Shown piece after piece: positions 8,564 to 16,678 of a stretch of 64,000 nt of DNA. The DNA is taken from IMG/VR virus record IMGVR_UViG_3300009104_000020, positions 791 to 64,790 of that record. One strand, written 5' to 3'. The translations under genes were made by a program, and so were the position numbers. The stretch's first letter is position 1; each line of letters opens with the position of its first letter. The notes beneath the pieces were generated by a model. That model saw only the letters and a program-made list of their open reading frames with translations, did not search any database and had not been told where the DNA came from. Origin of the DNA: a virus (Duplodnaviria > Caudoviricetes).

Positions 8564-8803
8564 GTGCCTAGCTCCGGCAGAACAGCCATGATTTTGCTCC
8601 CTAAAGACATAAGGGGGGCCTTAAATACCTGTTATTACTGTGGCGGCTCAAAGAAATGCTTCTATTGGGATAGAGCCGTAAGCGGAAATGTCTGTTACGA
8701 CTGCTTTGAAAGCGTTCACGACACCGAAAGACTCTTAACCGCCAAGACAAAGGGAATAAGACACCCACATGAAGGAGAAATCAGACCAGAAGACAACCAT
8801 TAG
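8564..8803 (+). CDS. Small CxxC...CxxC zinc-finger protein
   Basis: CYYCG...CYDC. Confidence 0.5.
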   Translation: MPSSGRTAMILLPKDIRGALNTCYYCGGSKKCFYWDRAVSGNVCYDCFESVHDTERLLTAKTKGIRHPHEGEIRPEDNH

Positions 8804-9107
8804 GCCTACCTGCGTAGGAACAAGGACAATCGCCAAGGAAATAGCGAAGGCTACCGGGGTGGAACTGGAAACGGTTAACCATATCCTCAAGGTTCTCCCG
8901 TTCCATATCCTTCGGCACACCAAAAACGGTAAAATTGTCCGCATTACATCGCTTGGCCGCTTCGTTCCAGTCGAAAGAAAGGCCCGAAAAGGGATAGACC
9001 TGAAAGGATTAAGCGTTTATTGGCCACCAACCATCAGAATGCAGTTTGTCCCGTGCCTAAACATTAGGAAAACCCTAAAAGAAGTCGCAAAAAACAAGGA
9101 AGATTGA
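8769..9107 (+). CDS. HU/IHF-family DNA-binding protein
   Basis: IAK.TG helix pair, G..V.I..LG.F...ERKARKG, F.P... Confidence 0.8.
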   Translation: MKEKSDQKTTIRPTCVGTRTIAKEIAKATGVELETVNHILKVLPFHILRHTKNGKIVRITSLGRFVPVERKARKGIDLKGLSVYWPPTIRMQFVPCLNIRKTLKEVAKNKED

Positions 9108-9142
9108 TAAAAAGCCAATAAAACTTGTTAAAAACTTAAAGC

Positions 9143-9172
9143 TTGCCGGTGTAACGCTAAACAATATATGCT
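9143..9172 (+). promoter_or_regulatory. Promoter with GTAACGCTAA motif in spacer
   Basis: TTGCCG-N18-TATGCT. Confidence 0.45.
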
Positions 9173-9181
9173 GGGCGAGCT

Positions 9182-9349
9182 ATGTCAGACCTCATTCGAC
9201 GATTAGAAGAAGCCCTCGCTGAACTTTCCATGTTTCAATGCCTTCCTACCTGCTCTAAAAGCATGAAAATAATCCAGTCTGCCCTAGATCGGGCCAATCA
9301 AATCGTCACGGGAGACTCATTAGATGATACTGATGGTAATCCTTCCTGA
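9182..9349 (+). CDS. Small hypothetical protein (55 aa), near-leaderless
   Basis: MSDLIRRLEEALAEL...; ATG 9 nt after the -10 box. Confidence 0.4.
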   Translation: MSDLIRRLEEALAELSMFQCLPTCSKSMKIIQSALDRANQIVTGDSLDDTDGNPS

Positions 9350-9524
9350 CGCTGTCTAGCCAACGCTCAATTTCATCCAGAATATCCACGGGAACCTGAT
9401 TCTTCGGCATCGGACTCCTTACCAGTATCTTCATCTGGAACCCAGTTTCGTCTGCCACACAGGCTGCCCCAACCGCAAACACCATTCCCTCGGAGCATAT
9501 CGTCAATATGAAGTATCTTGGCAC
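9306..9524 (-). CDS. Hypothetical protein
   Basis: Coupled to the upstream prepilin-like gene. Confidence 0.45.
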   Translation of the reverse strand: MPRYFILTICSEGMVFAVGAACVADETGFQMKILVRSPMPKNQVPVDILDEIERWLDSVRKDYHQYHLMSLP

Positions 9525-9832
9525 TACTCGATTTCCTCCAAGAACGAACGAGCGTCATACCTCGGCCTGTGACAGTCGTGACAGTTGGCTTCCTGTGGTA
9601 TCTCTATAACCAACCTCCCGCTTTCCAACACCCCAACACCATATGACCTAACCGCTACACGGCAAGCCACCCTCTGGGCCTCCTCCTTCGCCTGACCAAC
9701 CCCCGGCAAAAGCAAAGACACCAGCAGTATGATGATTACACATACCATCAGCAACTCTATTAGCGTCACCCCTTGATCCCTTCCTTTTTCCAGCCTGCGC
9801 TTTCCCCAGGGTACTCCTCGTTTATCCAGCAT
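9524..9832 (-). CDS. Prepilin-type N-terminal cleavage/methylation protein (PVC/DUF1559-type N-terminus) with CXXCH
   Basis: G|VTLIELLMVCVIIILLVSLLLPGVGQAKEEAQRVAC; C-terminal CHDCH. Confidence 0.8.
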   Translation of the reverse strand: MLDKRGVPWGKRRLEKGRDQGVTLIELLMVCVIIILLVSLLLPGVGQAKEEAQRVACRVAVRSYGVGVLESGRLVIEIPQEANCHDCHRPRYDARSFLEEIE

Positions 9833-10113
9833 CCTCCCCCCATTATAATTTTAAACGGCATATAGCACCCACACCCAGCATTACTACCGCTATAAGGCCG
9901 ACAACGGCGTAGGCTCCGATCAAAAAGCAAACACCTACTGCAACAACGATACTTTCTAGCAACCTCTTTACCACGACTTCCTCCTATCACCTTTACCATA
10001 CTCCACACTAGGCGCAACTTATCCCTCACCGTTGCCCCCCCAAACTCCTCCTTCAACACCTCAAGCCACTCTTTGTAACGCTTTAGCCTGAACATAGGTG
10101 CAGAGAGTAGCAT
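9766..10113 (-). CDS. Cys-rich protein (DUF6171-like)
   Basis: C..C......RRC......CGCYMPFK.....CW. Confidence 0.55.
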   Translation of the reverse strand: MLLSAPMFRLKRYKEWLEVLKEEFGGATVRDKLRLVWSMVKVIGGSRGKEVARKYRCCSRCLLFDRSLRRCRPYSGSNAGCGCYMPFKIIMGGGCWINEEYPGESAGWKKEGIKG

Positions 10114-10270
10114 TGAAAGTGAAAAACGCCAGAAAGTTGAGAAGAGGGATGTATAGCTGCTGCCTTGGCTAGACGCCGTCCCCCCTCCCCCTACCCCCCC
10201 AAATGGGCCAAACGGGGTAACACTATTTGGTTAGGGTGACAACGCAGTTCCTATAGGTGTAAGGCCTTAC

Positions 10271-10281
10271 GGTCTTTGACA
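10271..10281 (+). promoter_or_regulatory. boxA-like antitermination element
   Basis: GGTCTTTGACA resembles rrn boxA (GCTCTTTAACA / GTTCTTTGAAA); sits at the head of the long non-coding region. Confidence 0.4.
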
Positions 10282-10285
10282 TTGA

Positions 10286-11156
10286 GGGTGCAAGCCGGTG
10301 GATGCCGCTTGTATCCGTTGGGTTCAGTAGAGGCTTCCGCTAAAACGCATGGCGGCTACCAACCCTGACTGTACTAGATTTTCCGCAAGTTGCCTTGGCG
10401 ACTATGTGTCGGGCGGAGACGGTCAGCGGCAAAAGGGTGCAAGCAAATAGTCAGCACCACGGCCATGTTAAATGTTAGCATCATCAGGAGTAAGTGACGC
10501 GCCTCATGGGACACAACAAGCAATCAGCGGATTACCGAAAAACCGATGGAGAACGAAACTCCACGCAAAAAACAAATATTAGGCTTCGGCCAAAAATGCA
10601 GCGAGTAGGTTAATCCGGCTCCGAGAATGGAGTGTTCCACACAAACAAATCGTCATAATCATTGGAACATGGCGTGATAGTATGCGTCCCCGATAGCATG
10701 GGGCATAAGTAGGACGGTGCGACCGGCGAGGTCAGCAAATGCACCGTGGCAGCCGAATCAAGCGTATATTCCCAAAGTGGAGCATCAAAGAATGCGTGAA
10801 ATAGTTTCGCCAATGAAGCGTTTGAGAGAGATTGGTCGAGAATGCGTGTGCGTTGAAGCTAGTGTTAAAAGCTAGTGACAGGAACGGCACGGGGTACGCA
10901 AAGTAAATCCCAAAGGGCAAGGGCCACAAGGCTCAAAGCTGATGGGTGTTGCGGCGAACCATAGCGAAACGGCATTAGTAGATGTTAGCAAGGTGGGTGT
11001 GCGGTAGTCACTACGGTGGCGAGATACCTGATGAGGGAAATCAGACCTCAAGGATAGGCCGTGACAGCGGCGTGACAGATCCTGCTTAAAATCGTGGCAT
11101 ACGAGCGGCGAGCGTGTTCAAGCAACACCTTTGCAAGTCAACGCTGCTCAAGTGTC
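10286..11156 (+). ncRNA. Large structured non-coding RNA, GOLLD-like
   Basis: No + strand ORF of 60 aa or more; consecutive hairpins with G-U pairs on the + strand, cUUCGg loop, A-rich linkers; family assignment is by resemblance only. Confidence 0.65.
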
Positions 11157-11212
11157 TAGTGCTTGTTGGCATTGCACTACTGATGATGACCAGCCAAAAA
11201 GGTCGAAACACT
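11151..11212 (+). ncRNA. Type III hammerhead ribozyme
   Basis: AGUGUC|UAGUGC-loop-GCACUA-CUGAUGA-U-GACC-loop-GGUC-GAA-ACACU; loop1 UUGGC pairs with loop2 GCCAA. Confidence 0.92.
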
Positions 11213-11234
11213 AAAACAAACGAAAGGAAAACAA

Positions 11235-11870
11235 ATGAGTAAGCAATACAAAACCATAAAAAACGGTGGATTAGTCAAGGTAGAGATCGACAGTTATCAA
11301 ATCGCGATTCAAGGCACAACCGATATTCCGGCGGCGTCTTGGACAAAATACGACAGCTTGAACCAAGCAAGTTGGGCGAGCCAAGGGCTAATCAAGCTTG
11401 AATACAAAACCGACAAGCATGGCAAGCGAACGGTCAAGCGATTAGCGGAAAATGCGGAGTTTTACCGCAAGCAACACAAGGCTTGGAAAGCAACCGAAAA
11501 GGCAATCAATGATTCAATGCGGAAGATTGAAAAGGAAAACCCAACCCTGTCCAAGCAAAAGATGACCCTTGTCAAGGATGCGGATACCGGCGAGGTCAAG
11601 CGGTATGTGAAACGGGCAAGCTATAGAAACAGCGAACAACCCTTGCATATGCAGTTGAAAGGTGCGGAAAAGGTCAAGGCTACAGCGGCCAAGGATGCCA
11701 AGATACAGCAACAATCGGAAGAAATTGCCAGACTCAAGAAAATGGTAGCCAATATCCCACCTGCCAAGCCGGTACAGATTGACCCGTTGGCGGCATATAA
11801 AGCGGGTGATCCGGCACAACAGCAGCAGGTGATGTCTGCATTACAGACGCTTGGCTTGGTGACAGCCTAA
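11235..11870 (+). CDS. Lysine-rich basic hypothetical protein
   Basis: GAAAGGA SD; 22 nt after the hammerhead; followed by terminator. Confidence 0.8.
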   Translation: MSKQYKTIKNGGLVKVEIDSYQIAIQGTTDIPAASWTKYDSLNQASWASQGLIKLEYKTDKHGKRTVKRLAENAEFYRKQHKAWKATEKAINDSMRKIEKENPTLSKQKMTLVKDADTGEVKRYVKRASYRNSEQPLHMQLKGAEKVKATAAKDAKIQQQSEEIARLKKMVANIPPAKPVQIDPLAAYKAGDPAQQQQVMSALQTLGLVTA

Positions 11871-11901
11871 CAGCAGCAGTAGCAGTAGCAGTAGCAGTAG
11901 C
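11871..11901 (+). repeat. (C/T)AG triplet microrepeat
   Basis: CAGCAGCAGTAGCAGTAGCAGTAGCAGTAGC. Confidence 0.8.
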
Positions 11902-11938
11902 GACCCTGCCCACCATCGGAGTGGGTGGGGTCTTTTTG
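11902..11938 (+). terminator. Intrinsic terminator
   Basis: GACCCTGCCCAC...GTGGGTGGGGTC followed by TTTTT. Confidence 0.8.
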
Positions 11939-11948
11939 TAGCAAGATT

Positions 11949-12000
11949 TCCCTAGTGCATGGGCAGGTGTGCTAGGGACGGTTGAATCCTGCCCGTAACC
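11949..12000 (+). ncRNA. Putative kissing-loop/pseudoknot leader RNA
   Basis: TCCCTAGTGCA/TGTGCTAGGGA with loop TGGGCAGG; GGTTG/TAACC with loop containing CCTGCCCG. Confidence 0.5.
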
Positions 12001-12017
12001 CATAAGGAAAGGTAATC

Positions 12018-12182
12018 ATGTTAAGCAAAAGTGAAGTGAAAGAGTTGTTGGCCTTGGCGAGTGCCGAGATGGTGGATAGTGACACCCAAACGAATGGAAT
12101 CCCTGACATACAGGATGATGACGGCGAGGGTGTGGACATAGCGGTATCACCGACAGGAGAATTGGAGGTGGTGTACCTATGA
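12018..12182 (+). CDS. Small acidic protein (54 aa), absent from ORF track
   Basis: AAGGAAAGG SD; MLSKSEVKELL...DDDGEG...; ATGA-coupled to next gene. Confidence 0.6.
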   Translation: MLSKSEVKELLALASAEMVDSDTQTNGIPDIQDDDGEGVDIAVSPTGELEVVYL

Positions 12183-12625
12183 ACAGGAAAGCAGGGATCA
12201 AACCGTGCTGGAACAGGCAGATTGAAGCGGGCAACCACGCTGGCAAACACCGGCCTCTGCCTGTTGGAACCAAGGGGTTGGGATGTGGGAGTGTGATCCC
12301 GTCGAAGAATCCCCTGCTCCGCAACTGGCGAACCAAGCCAGAGTTGGAACGGCCAGAGAAGTTTACCTTCGACTCGTGGTGCAACACGCCGGATGGACTG
12401 GATCGGGAGGATCTGGTGGTGATGGATGGGTGGTCGAGTAGTGCTGTCGCTAGACGGGAGGCCAAGGCAGTAGGCGGGGGGAAGAAGGTGGCAATGAAGT
12501 TCTGGTTACGAAACCTAGTGACAGGCAAGTTCATCGTGCCAGAGGTGGCAAGGAGATACTACTCAAGGTTCATGTCCGAGATGACCGAGAGGAAGTATGC
12601 AACACTAGACCAAAGGATAAGCTAA
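12179..12625 (+). CDS. Hypothetical protein
   Basis: GGAGGTG SD; coupled to upstream ORF. Confidence 0.6.
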   Translation: MNRKAGIKPCWNRQIEAGNHAGKHRPLPVGTKGLGCGSVIPSKNPLLRNWRTKPELERPEKFTFDSWCNTPDGLDREDLVVMDGWSSSAVARREAKAVGGGKKVAMKFWLRNLVTGKFIVPEVARRYYSRFMSEMTERKYATLDQRIS

Positions 12626-12805
12626 TGGCAGCTAGAATAAACAGCAAGATAAGGAGAAAGGCGAGACGCAGGTATGCAGTCCGAAAACAGGTCAAGGAAA
12701 GCAGACAAGGCCAGCAAGATATGTTCCCGACAACAGGCAGGGTGTGCGTAGCCCTGGCCGAGGGAGTGGAAAAGCTGGCAGAAATAAGGAGGAAGCTCTA
12801 AATGT

Positions 12806-13171
12806 ATGACAACAGAAAACACTAGGCAATGTGGTGCTGACTGCCAATGGACTCTAGGGCATCCGTTACCCTGTAGCTTCGACGGCAACCTGTTCGACGG
12901 GAAGCTGTCGCATGAGAAGCAATGGGGTGTGCTTGAGAGGATAGGCAAGCGAACAACCTGCTCCGATCCAGAGGGAGACAGCGGCTACACATACTGGCAT
13001 CTGCCGGAGAGTTGGGAGCTGGAAAACGAGTGGAAGTGTGGCGACATAATCTCACATGACATGGAGGACAGAGCGAATGCAGACAGATTCCTCAAGAGCC
13101 TGTGTCCGTGGGGAAACATAATAGGCAGGGAACATGGTGGTTGGATAGTGTCAACCCCTTGGCCCGTGTAG
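12806..13171 (+). CDS. Hypothetical protein
   Basis: AAGGAGG SD. Confidence 0.6.
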   Translation: MTTENTRQCGADCQWTLGHPLPCSFDGNLFDGKLSHEKQWGVLERIGKRTTCSDPEGDSGYTYWHLPESWELENEWKCGDIISHDMEDRANADRFLKSLCPWGNIIGREHGGWIVSTPWPV

Positions 13172-13208
13172 TAGAAGCAAACAAACAAACAACGAAAGGA
13201 AAAACAAA

Positions 13209-13751
13209 ATGGACAAAACTAAAATAAACAAGGACAGGAAGCTATCATCACCCGACAAGCGGAGACTGCTTGAGATAATGAGGGAATCCAACCACGCAGC
13301 TAAACAGCTCGACGATGCTCAAACAGAAACCGCCAAGTCAAAGGCGCAGCAGGAGTGGGAGTCGTTCATCGGGGCAGACAAGGTGCGGGTAAAGATAAGG
13401 GAGTATTGCAGCACCATCAACGAACTCAACACCCAACTGGTTGAGCAGGGATGCGAGCCTGTCCATGCAGACGACAGGATACACAGCGCATGGGTGATTA
13501 GTCGGGACAAGCCAGAGCTAAAGCTCGAAGGCTCACAGTTGGAGAAGTACAAGGAACATCAGGCTCGCATGAGAAGCATTGATGAGGCAAGGGGGCAGGG
13601 CGTGAACGACTACTACGAAGTGTCGGCCATACTGCACATTGAGACAGTCGGGGATGCCATTGAAGTGCTAGGCAAGACTGCTCCGCAACTCGTGTCACGG
13701 GATGAGATCGGGGTGTCGAGAATCCTTGAGACAAAGGAGGTGGAAGCATGA
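13209..13751 (+). CDS. Hypothetical protein
   Basis: GAAAGGA SD with an AAAC-rich leader like that of 11235. Confidence 0.7.
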   Translation: MDKTKINKDRKLSSPDKRRLLEIMRESNHAAKQLDDAQTETAKSKAQQEWESFIGADKVRVKIREYCSTINELNTQLVEQGCEPVHADDRIHSAWVISRDKPELKLEGSQLEKYKEHQARMRSIDEARGQGVNDYYEVSAILHIETVGDAIEVLGKTAPQLVSRDEIGVSRILETKEVEA

Positions 13752-14143
13752 GTCTGGCAAAAGAAATACTGGAGATACTCAAGTCGCCTAACTCCGATGG
13801 TGAGTTCGACATCAAGCTGGCAACAAGTAAGTGCGAGGATGTTATCGCCAAGGAGGAGAGGGACAGAAGGACAAGCGACCTCGACGGGGTCATCCAAAGC
13901 GTAAGAGAGATAGCAGAATGCCTTGCGAGCTGGGAGTGTCAGTTGGATAGCTTCCATGAGGGATACCCAACCTGTAGGGACGAGCTGTTGTTGGATGAGA
14001 TAACCGACAAGGTAAGTGCCGAGTGCCAAGGCATAGGCGAGGCGGCTACCAAGTTGGAAAAGATCGCTGATGACTACGAGGACAAGGTGAACGCTCGACT
14101 GCATGAACTAGACCCGGAGGAATACCCGGAGGAGGAAGCATGA
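13748..14143 (+). CDS. Acidic helical hypothetical protein
   Basis: AAGGAGGT SD; ATGA overlap. Confidence 0.7.
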   Translation: MSLAKEILEILKSPNSDGEFDIKLATSKCEDVIAKEERDRRTSDLDGVIQSVREIAECLASWECQLDSFHEGYPTCRDELLLDEITDKVSAECQGIGEAATKLEKIADDYEDKVNARLHELDPEEYPEEEA

Positions 14144-14874
14144 GCGGAGTTGTATATGCACTAACCAACCCGGCGTTCCCGAACCTTGTAAAGATAGGAA
14201 AGACCAACGACTTGGGCAACAGGCTCAACCAGCTGTATAGCACGGGAGTTCCGTCCCCATTCGAGTGCCTCTATGCCAAGGAGGTAAGCGATCCGTCCTA
14301 TGTGGAGGGGAAGTTGCACATGGCCCTCTCTAGCAAGAGGCGTAGCAACAAGAGGGAGTTCTTCGAGGTGGATAGCAACGAGGTGGTGTGTATGTTTGAT
14401 CTAGTATCAGGCAAAGACATAACACCTGACAAGGAGAGGCCGGAAGAACCCAAGTGGGACAGCACCCTTCGGGTGAGGTTGCCTGACTCTGGCCCGGAAC
14501 TTGAGGGCGATAGCGTTGTTGATCTGCTTAATGGAGCGAAGGCGCGTGGTGTTGGATGCACCAAGTATTCCACCATCATAAGCCGAAGGAAGAAGGGGTG
14601 GACAATGGAGCAGGCGTTTGGCTTCGATGTTCCACCAAACTACACCGAGGTAAACGGGCTGTTGCCAAAAGGGTATGCTTATTTCCCATCCTACCCGACT
14701 GGTGACGACAACACGAAACCTATAGTTCTGCACTCGTTGAAAAGGATATACATATCCCAGAGACATTTCGCAGATGAACACGGTATCCCTCCCGATTATG
14801 TAAGCGACAAGCTGAAGGCAGGGTGGGAGGCTGACAAGATAGTAACAGAGTATGGAAACGATGACGGCACATAA
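14140..14874 (+). CDS. GIY-YIG T5orf172-domain protein
   Basis: GVVYALTNPAFP.LVKIGKT...RL.QLY.TGVP.PF...E..LH...REFF. Confidence 0.9.
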   Translation: MSGVVYALTNPAFPNLVKIGKTNDLGNRLNQLYSTGVPSPFECLYAKEVSDPSYVEGKLHMALSSKRRSNKREFFEVDSNEVVCMFDLVSGKDITPDKERPEEPKWDSTLRVRLPDSGPELEGDSVVDLLNGAKARGVGCTKYSTIISRRKKGWTMEQAFGFDVPPNYTEVNGLLPKGYAYFPSYPTGDDNTKPIVLHSLKRIYISQRHFADEHGIPPDYVSDKLKAGWEADKIVTEYGNDDGT

Positions 14875-15253
14875 GAAGATGAAGAGGACACCGCGCAAGA
14901 AGGTAACTCAAGCCGAGTGCCTAGCGTGGCTGAACAAGAACCATCCTAGCCTGTCCGCTGAAAAGAATGGCGACTGGGTTTGGGTTACAGAGGAAGTATT
15001 GAACCACGACGGAGCATGGCGGTCGTTGGCTGGATACGGATTCGAGAGGAAGAAAAGGAGTCCGGGTTATAGCGAGATGGAGAGTGGCAACAAGGGGTAC
15101 TGGAGTCACTCATGCAGTCACCCGACACGACACCTGTTCACCAAGGGGACAGGCAAACACACCGCGAAGGGCGTTGCCCCGAAGGCGGAGGAAGAGGTTG
15201 AAGTGGGCGCGGATGATGCGCTTATGGATGAGTTGGCAAGTCTAATAGGTTAA
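14852..15253 (+). CDS. Hypothetical protein
   Basis: E..GDWVWV...L..YGF motif. Confidence 0.6.
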   Translation: METMTAHKKMKRTPRKKVTQAECLAWLNKNHPSLSAEKNGDWVWVTEEVLNHDGAWRSLAGYGFERKKRSPGYSEMESGNKGYWSHSCSHPTRHLFTKGTGKHTAKGVAPKAEEEVEVGADDALMDELASLIG

Positions 15254-15266
15254 GAGAAAGGCAAAC

Positions 15267-16613
15267 ATGACAGTAGCAGAAAAAAGCGTGAAGATAGTAG
15301 AGGTGATGCGGCAAGTGCTGGCATCAAGCAAGAGGCCCAGCAAAGAGGACGAGCAGAAGGTTCTCGACTGGGTGAACGGAGGCGAACACGGGAGTGACTA
15401 CTTCAAGTCCCTTGAATCATGGCTGGACAGCGGCCCTAATCAGGTGGCTGTTAAAACCGTGGCCATGTTCCTTCAGGACGGAGACACATCTAGGTTTACC
15501 AACTTGGATGTAGCTGTAGATGGGGGTCGCCTCGTGTGTGAGGATGAGGAGGAGCAAGAGGATAGTGGCTGGACGCCCATCGTCATTAAGGATAGCGACA
15601 TAGATGCGGGCCGCTTGTTTGGAGACAAGGCAGCCTACATTCAGGAGCTAGTTAACAACCACGCTCAACCTGTGTACGAGTTACACAAGAAAGAGGAGGC
15701 GGCGTGGGACAGGGAGAAGCATCGCATGATGGCAGCAGCCAAGAAGATGGCCAAGCGTCCCGCTGCCGGAGGCGAAGAGGCGGAGGAGTTCGAGCCTATT
15801 GTTCCCCCGGTGGACAAGCACTTTATCGTGTCGCCAAAGGTTAAGAAGATGGGCAAAGCCTTGTGTTCCTCTACAAGCGAGAGGTGTAAGAAGGTTAGGG
15901 CCGAGGGGCCACCGTCATCAGGCAAGTCTGATTGGTGTGTGTGGTTGGCGGCCACGGAGAAGCGACCCTTCTTCAGCATTAACTGTGCAACAGTTAGGGA
16001 GCCACAACAATGGTTCGGTGAGCCGCAAGCAAAGAAAGGCTCTACCTACTGGCGAGTGTCGGAGTTCGTCAAGGCAATCGAGTTGGGCGGATGTGTTGTG
16101 CGCTTGGAGGAACTGAACAGGTTATCCTCCTACATACAGAATCCCCTGCTTGAGTTGCTTGAGGATGGACGCACCCATGTTGAGGGTTATGGCATGGTAG
16201 AGATAGGGCCGGACACCATCTTCATAGCAACCATGAACATAGGGTTACAGTACCAAGGGACATACAAGATGTGCGAGTCCCTGCTGTCACGCTTTGCCAT
16301 CAAGGTGGAGTTCAAGCCGTTAACTGAATCGCAGACGGTCAAGACATTGATTGCAAGGACAGGCATAAGCGAGGATGTAGCCAAGAAGCTGGCCGCAATC
16401 AAGGCACAGGTAGATGCAAAGACAGGGGTGGTGGGGACAGGATCATACGACAAGCCCATCACATACAGGCAACTGGAGGCAGCGTGTCACCTGTATCCCA
16501 GCCTTGGAAACGAGGCAATCAGAGTGACCATCCTCAATCACTACGACAACGACGGACACGACAGCGAGAGATCCCAATGCTTGAAGCTGGTGGCTGGCGT
16601 GGGCTTGGCGTAA
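15267..16613 (+). CDS. MoxR/CbbQ/CobS-type AAA+ ATPase
   Basis: GPPSSGKS Walker A, LEELNR Walker B, FIATMN sensor 1, LLSRF arginine finger. Confidence 0.88.
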   Translation: MTVAEKSVKIVEVMRQVLASSKRPSKEDEQKVLDWVNGGEHGSDYFKSLESWLDSGPNQVAVKTVAMFLQDGDTSRFTNLDVAVDGGRLVCEDEEEQEDSGWTPIVIKDSDIDAGRLFGDKAAYIQELVNNHAQPVYELHKKEEAAWDREKHRMMAAAKKMAKRPAAGGEEAEEFEPIVPPVDKHFIVSPKVKKMGKALCSSTSERCKKVRAEGPPSSGKSDWCVWLAATEKRPFFSINCATVREPQQWFGEPQAKKGSTYWRVSEFVKAIELGGCVVRLEELNRLSSYIQNPLLELLEDGRTHVEGYGMVEIGPDTIFIATMNIGLQYQGTYKMCESLLSRFAIKVEFKPLTESQTVKTLIARTGISEDVAKKLAAIKAQVDAKTGVVGTGSYDKPITYRQLEAACHLYPSLGNEAIRVTILNHYDNDGHDSERSQCLKLVAGVGLA

Positions 16614-16678
16614 CACTAACACCAAGAAGGCAAGTTTGGTATCGGGACGACTACACCAAGAAACAGAAAGGAAAAAAC

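Noticed and set aside
10446-10473. dif-like XerD arm (ATGTTAAAT)
   Set aside because: No matching XerC arm at 6-bp spacing
11028-11058. Second CTGATGA, possible hammerhead core
   Set aside because: The stem is followed by AAGGA rather than GAAA and no stems I/III fit; treated as part of the large RNA
10286-11150. RNase P, tmRNA, group I or group II intron as identity of the long RNA; short minus-strand ORFs 10610-10929
   Set aside because: No GAGGAAAGUCC, tRNA-like ends or domain V seen and no interrupted gene; the ORFs are short and featureless
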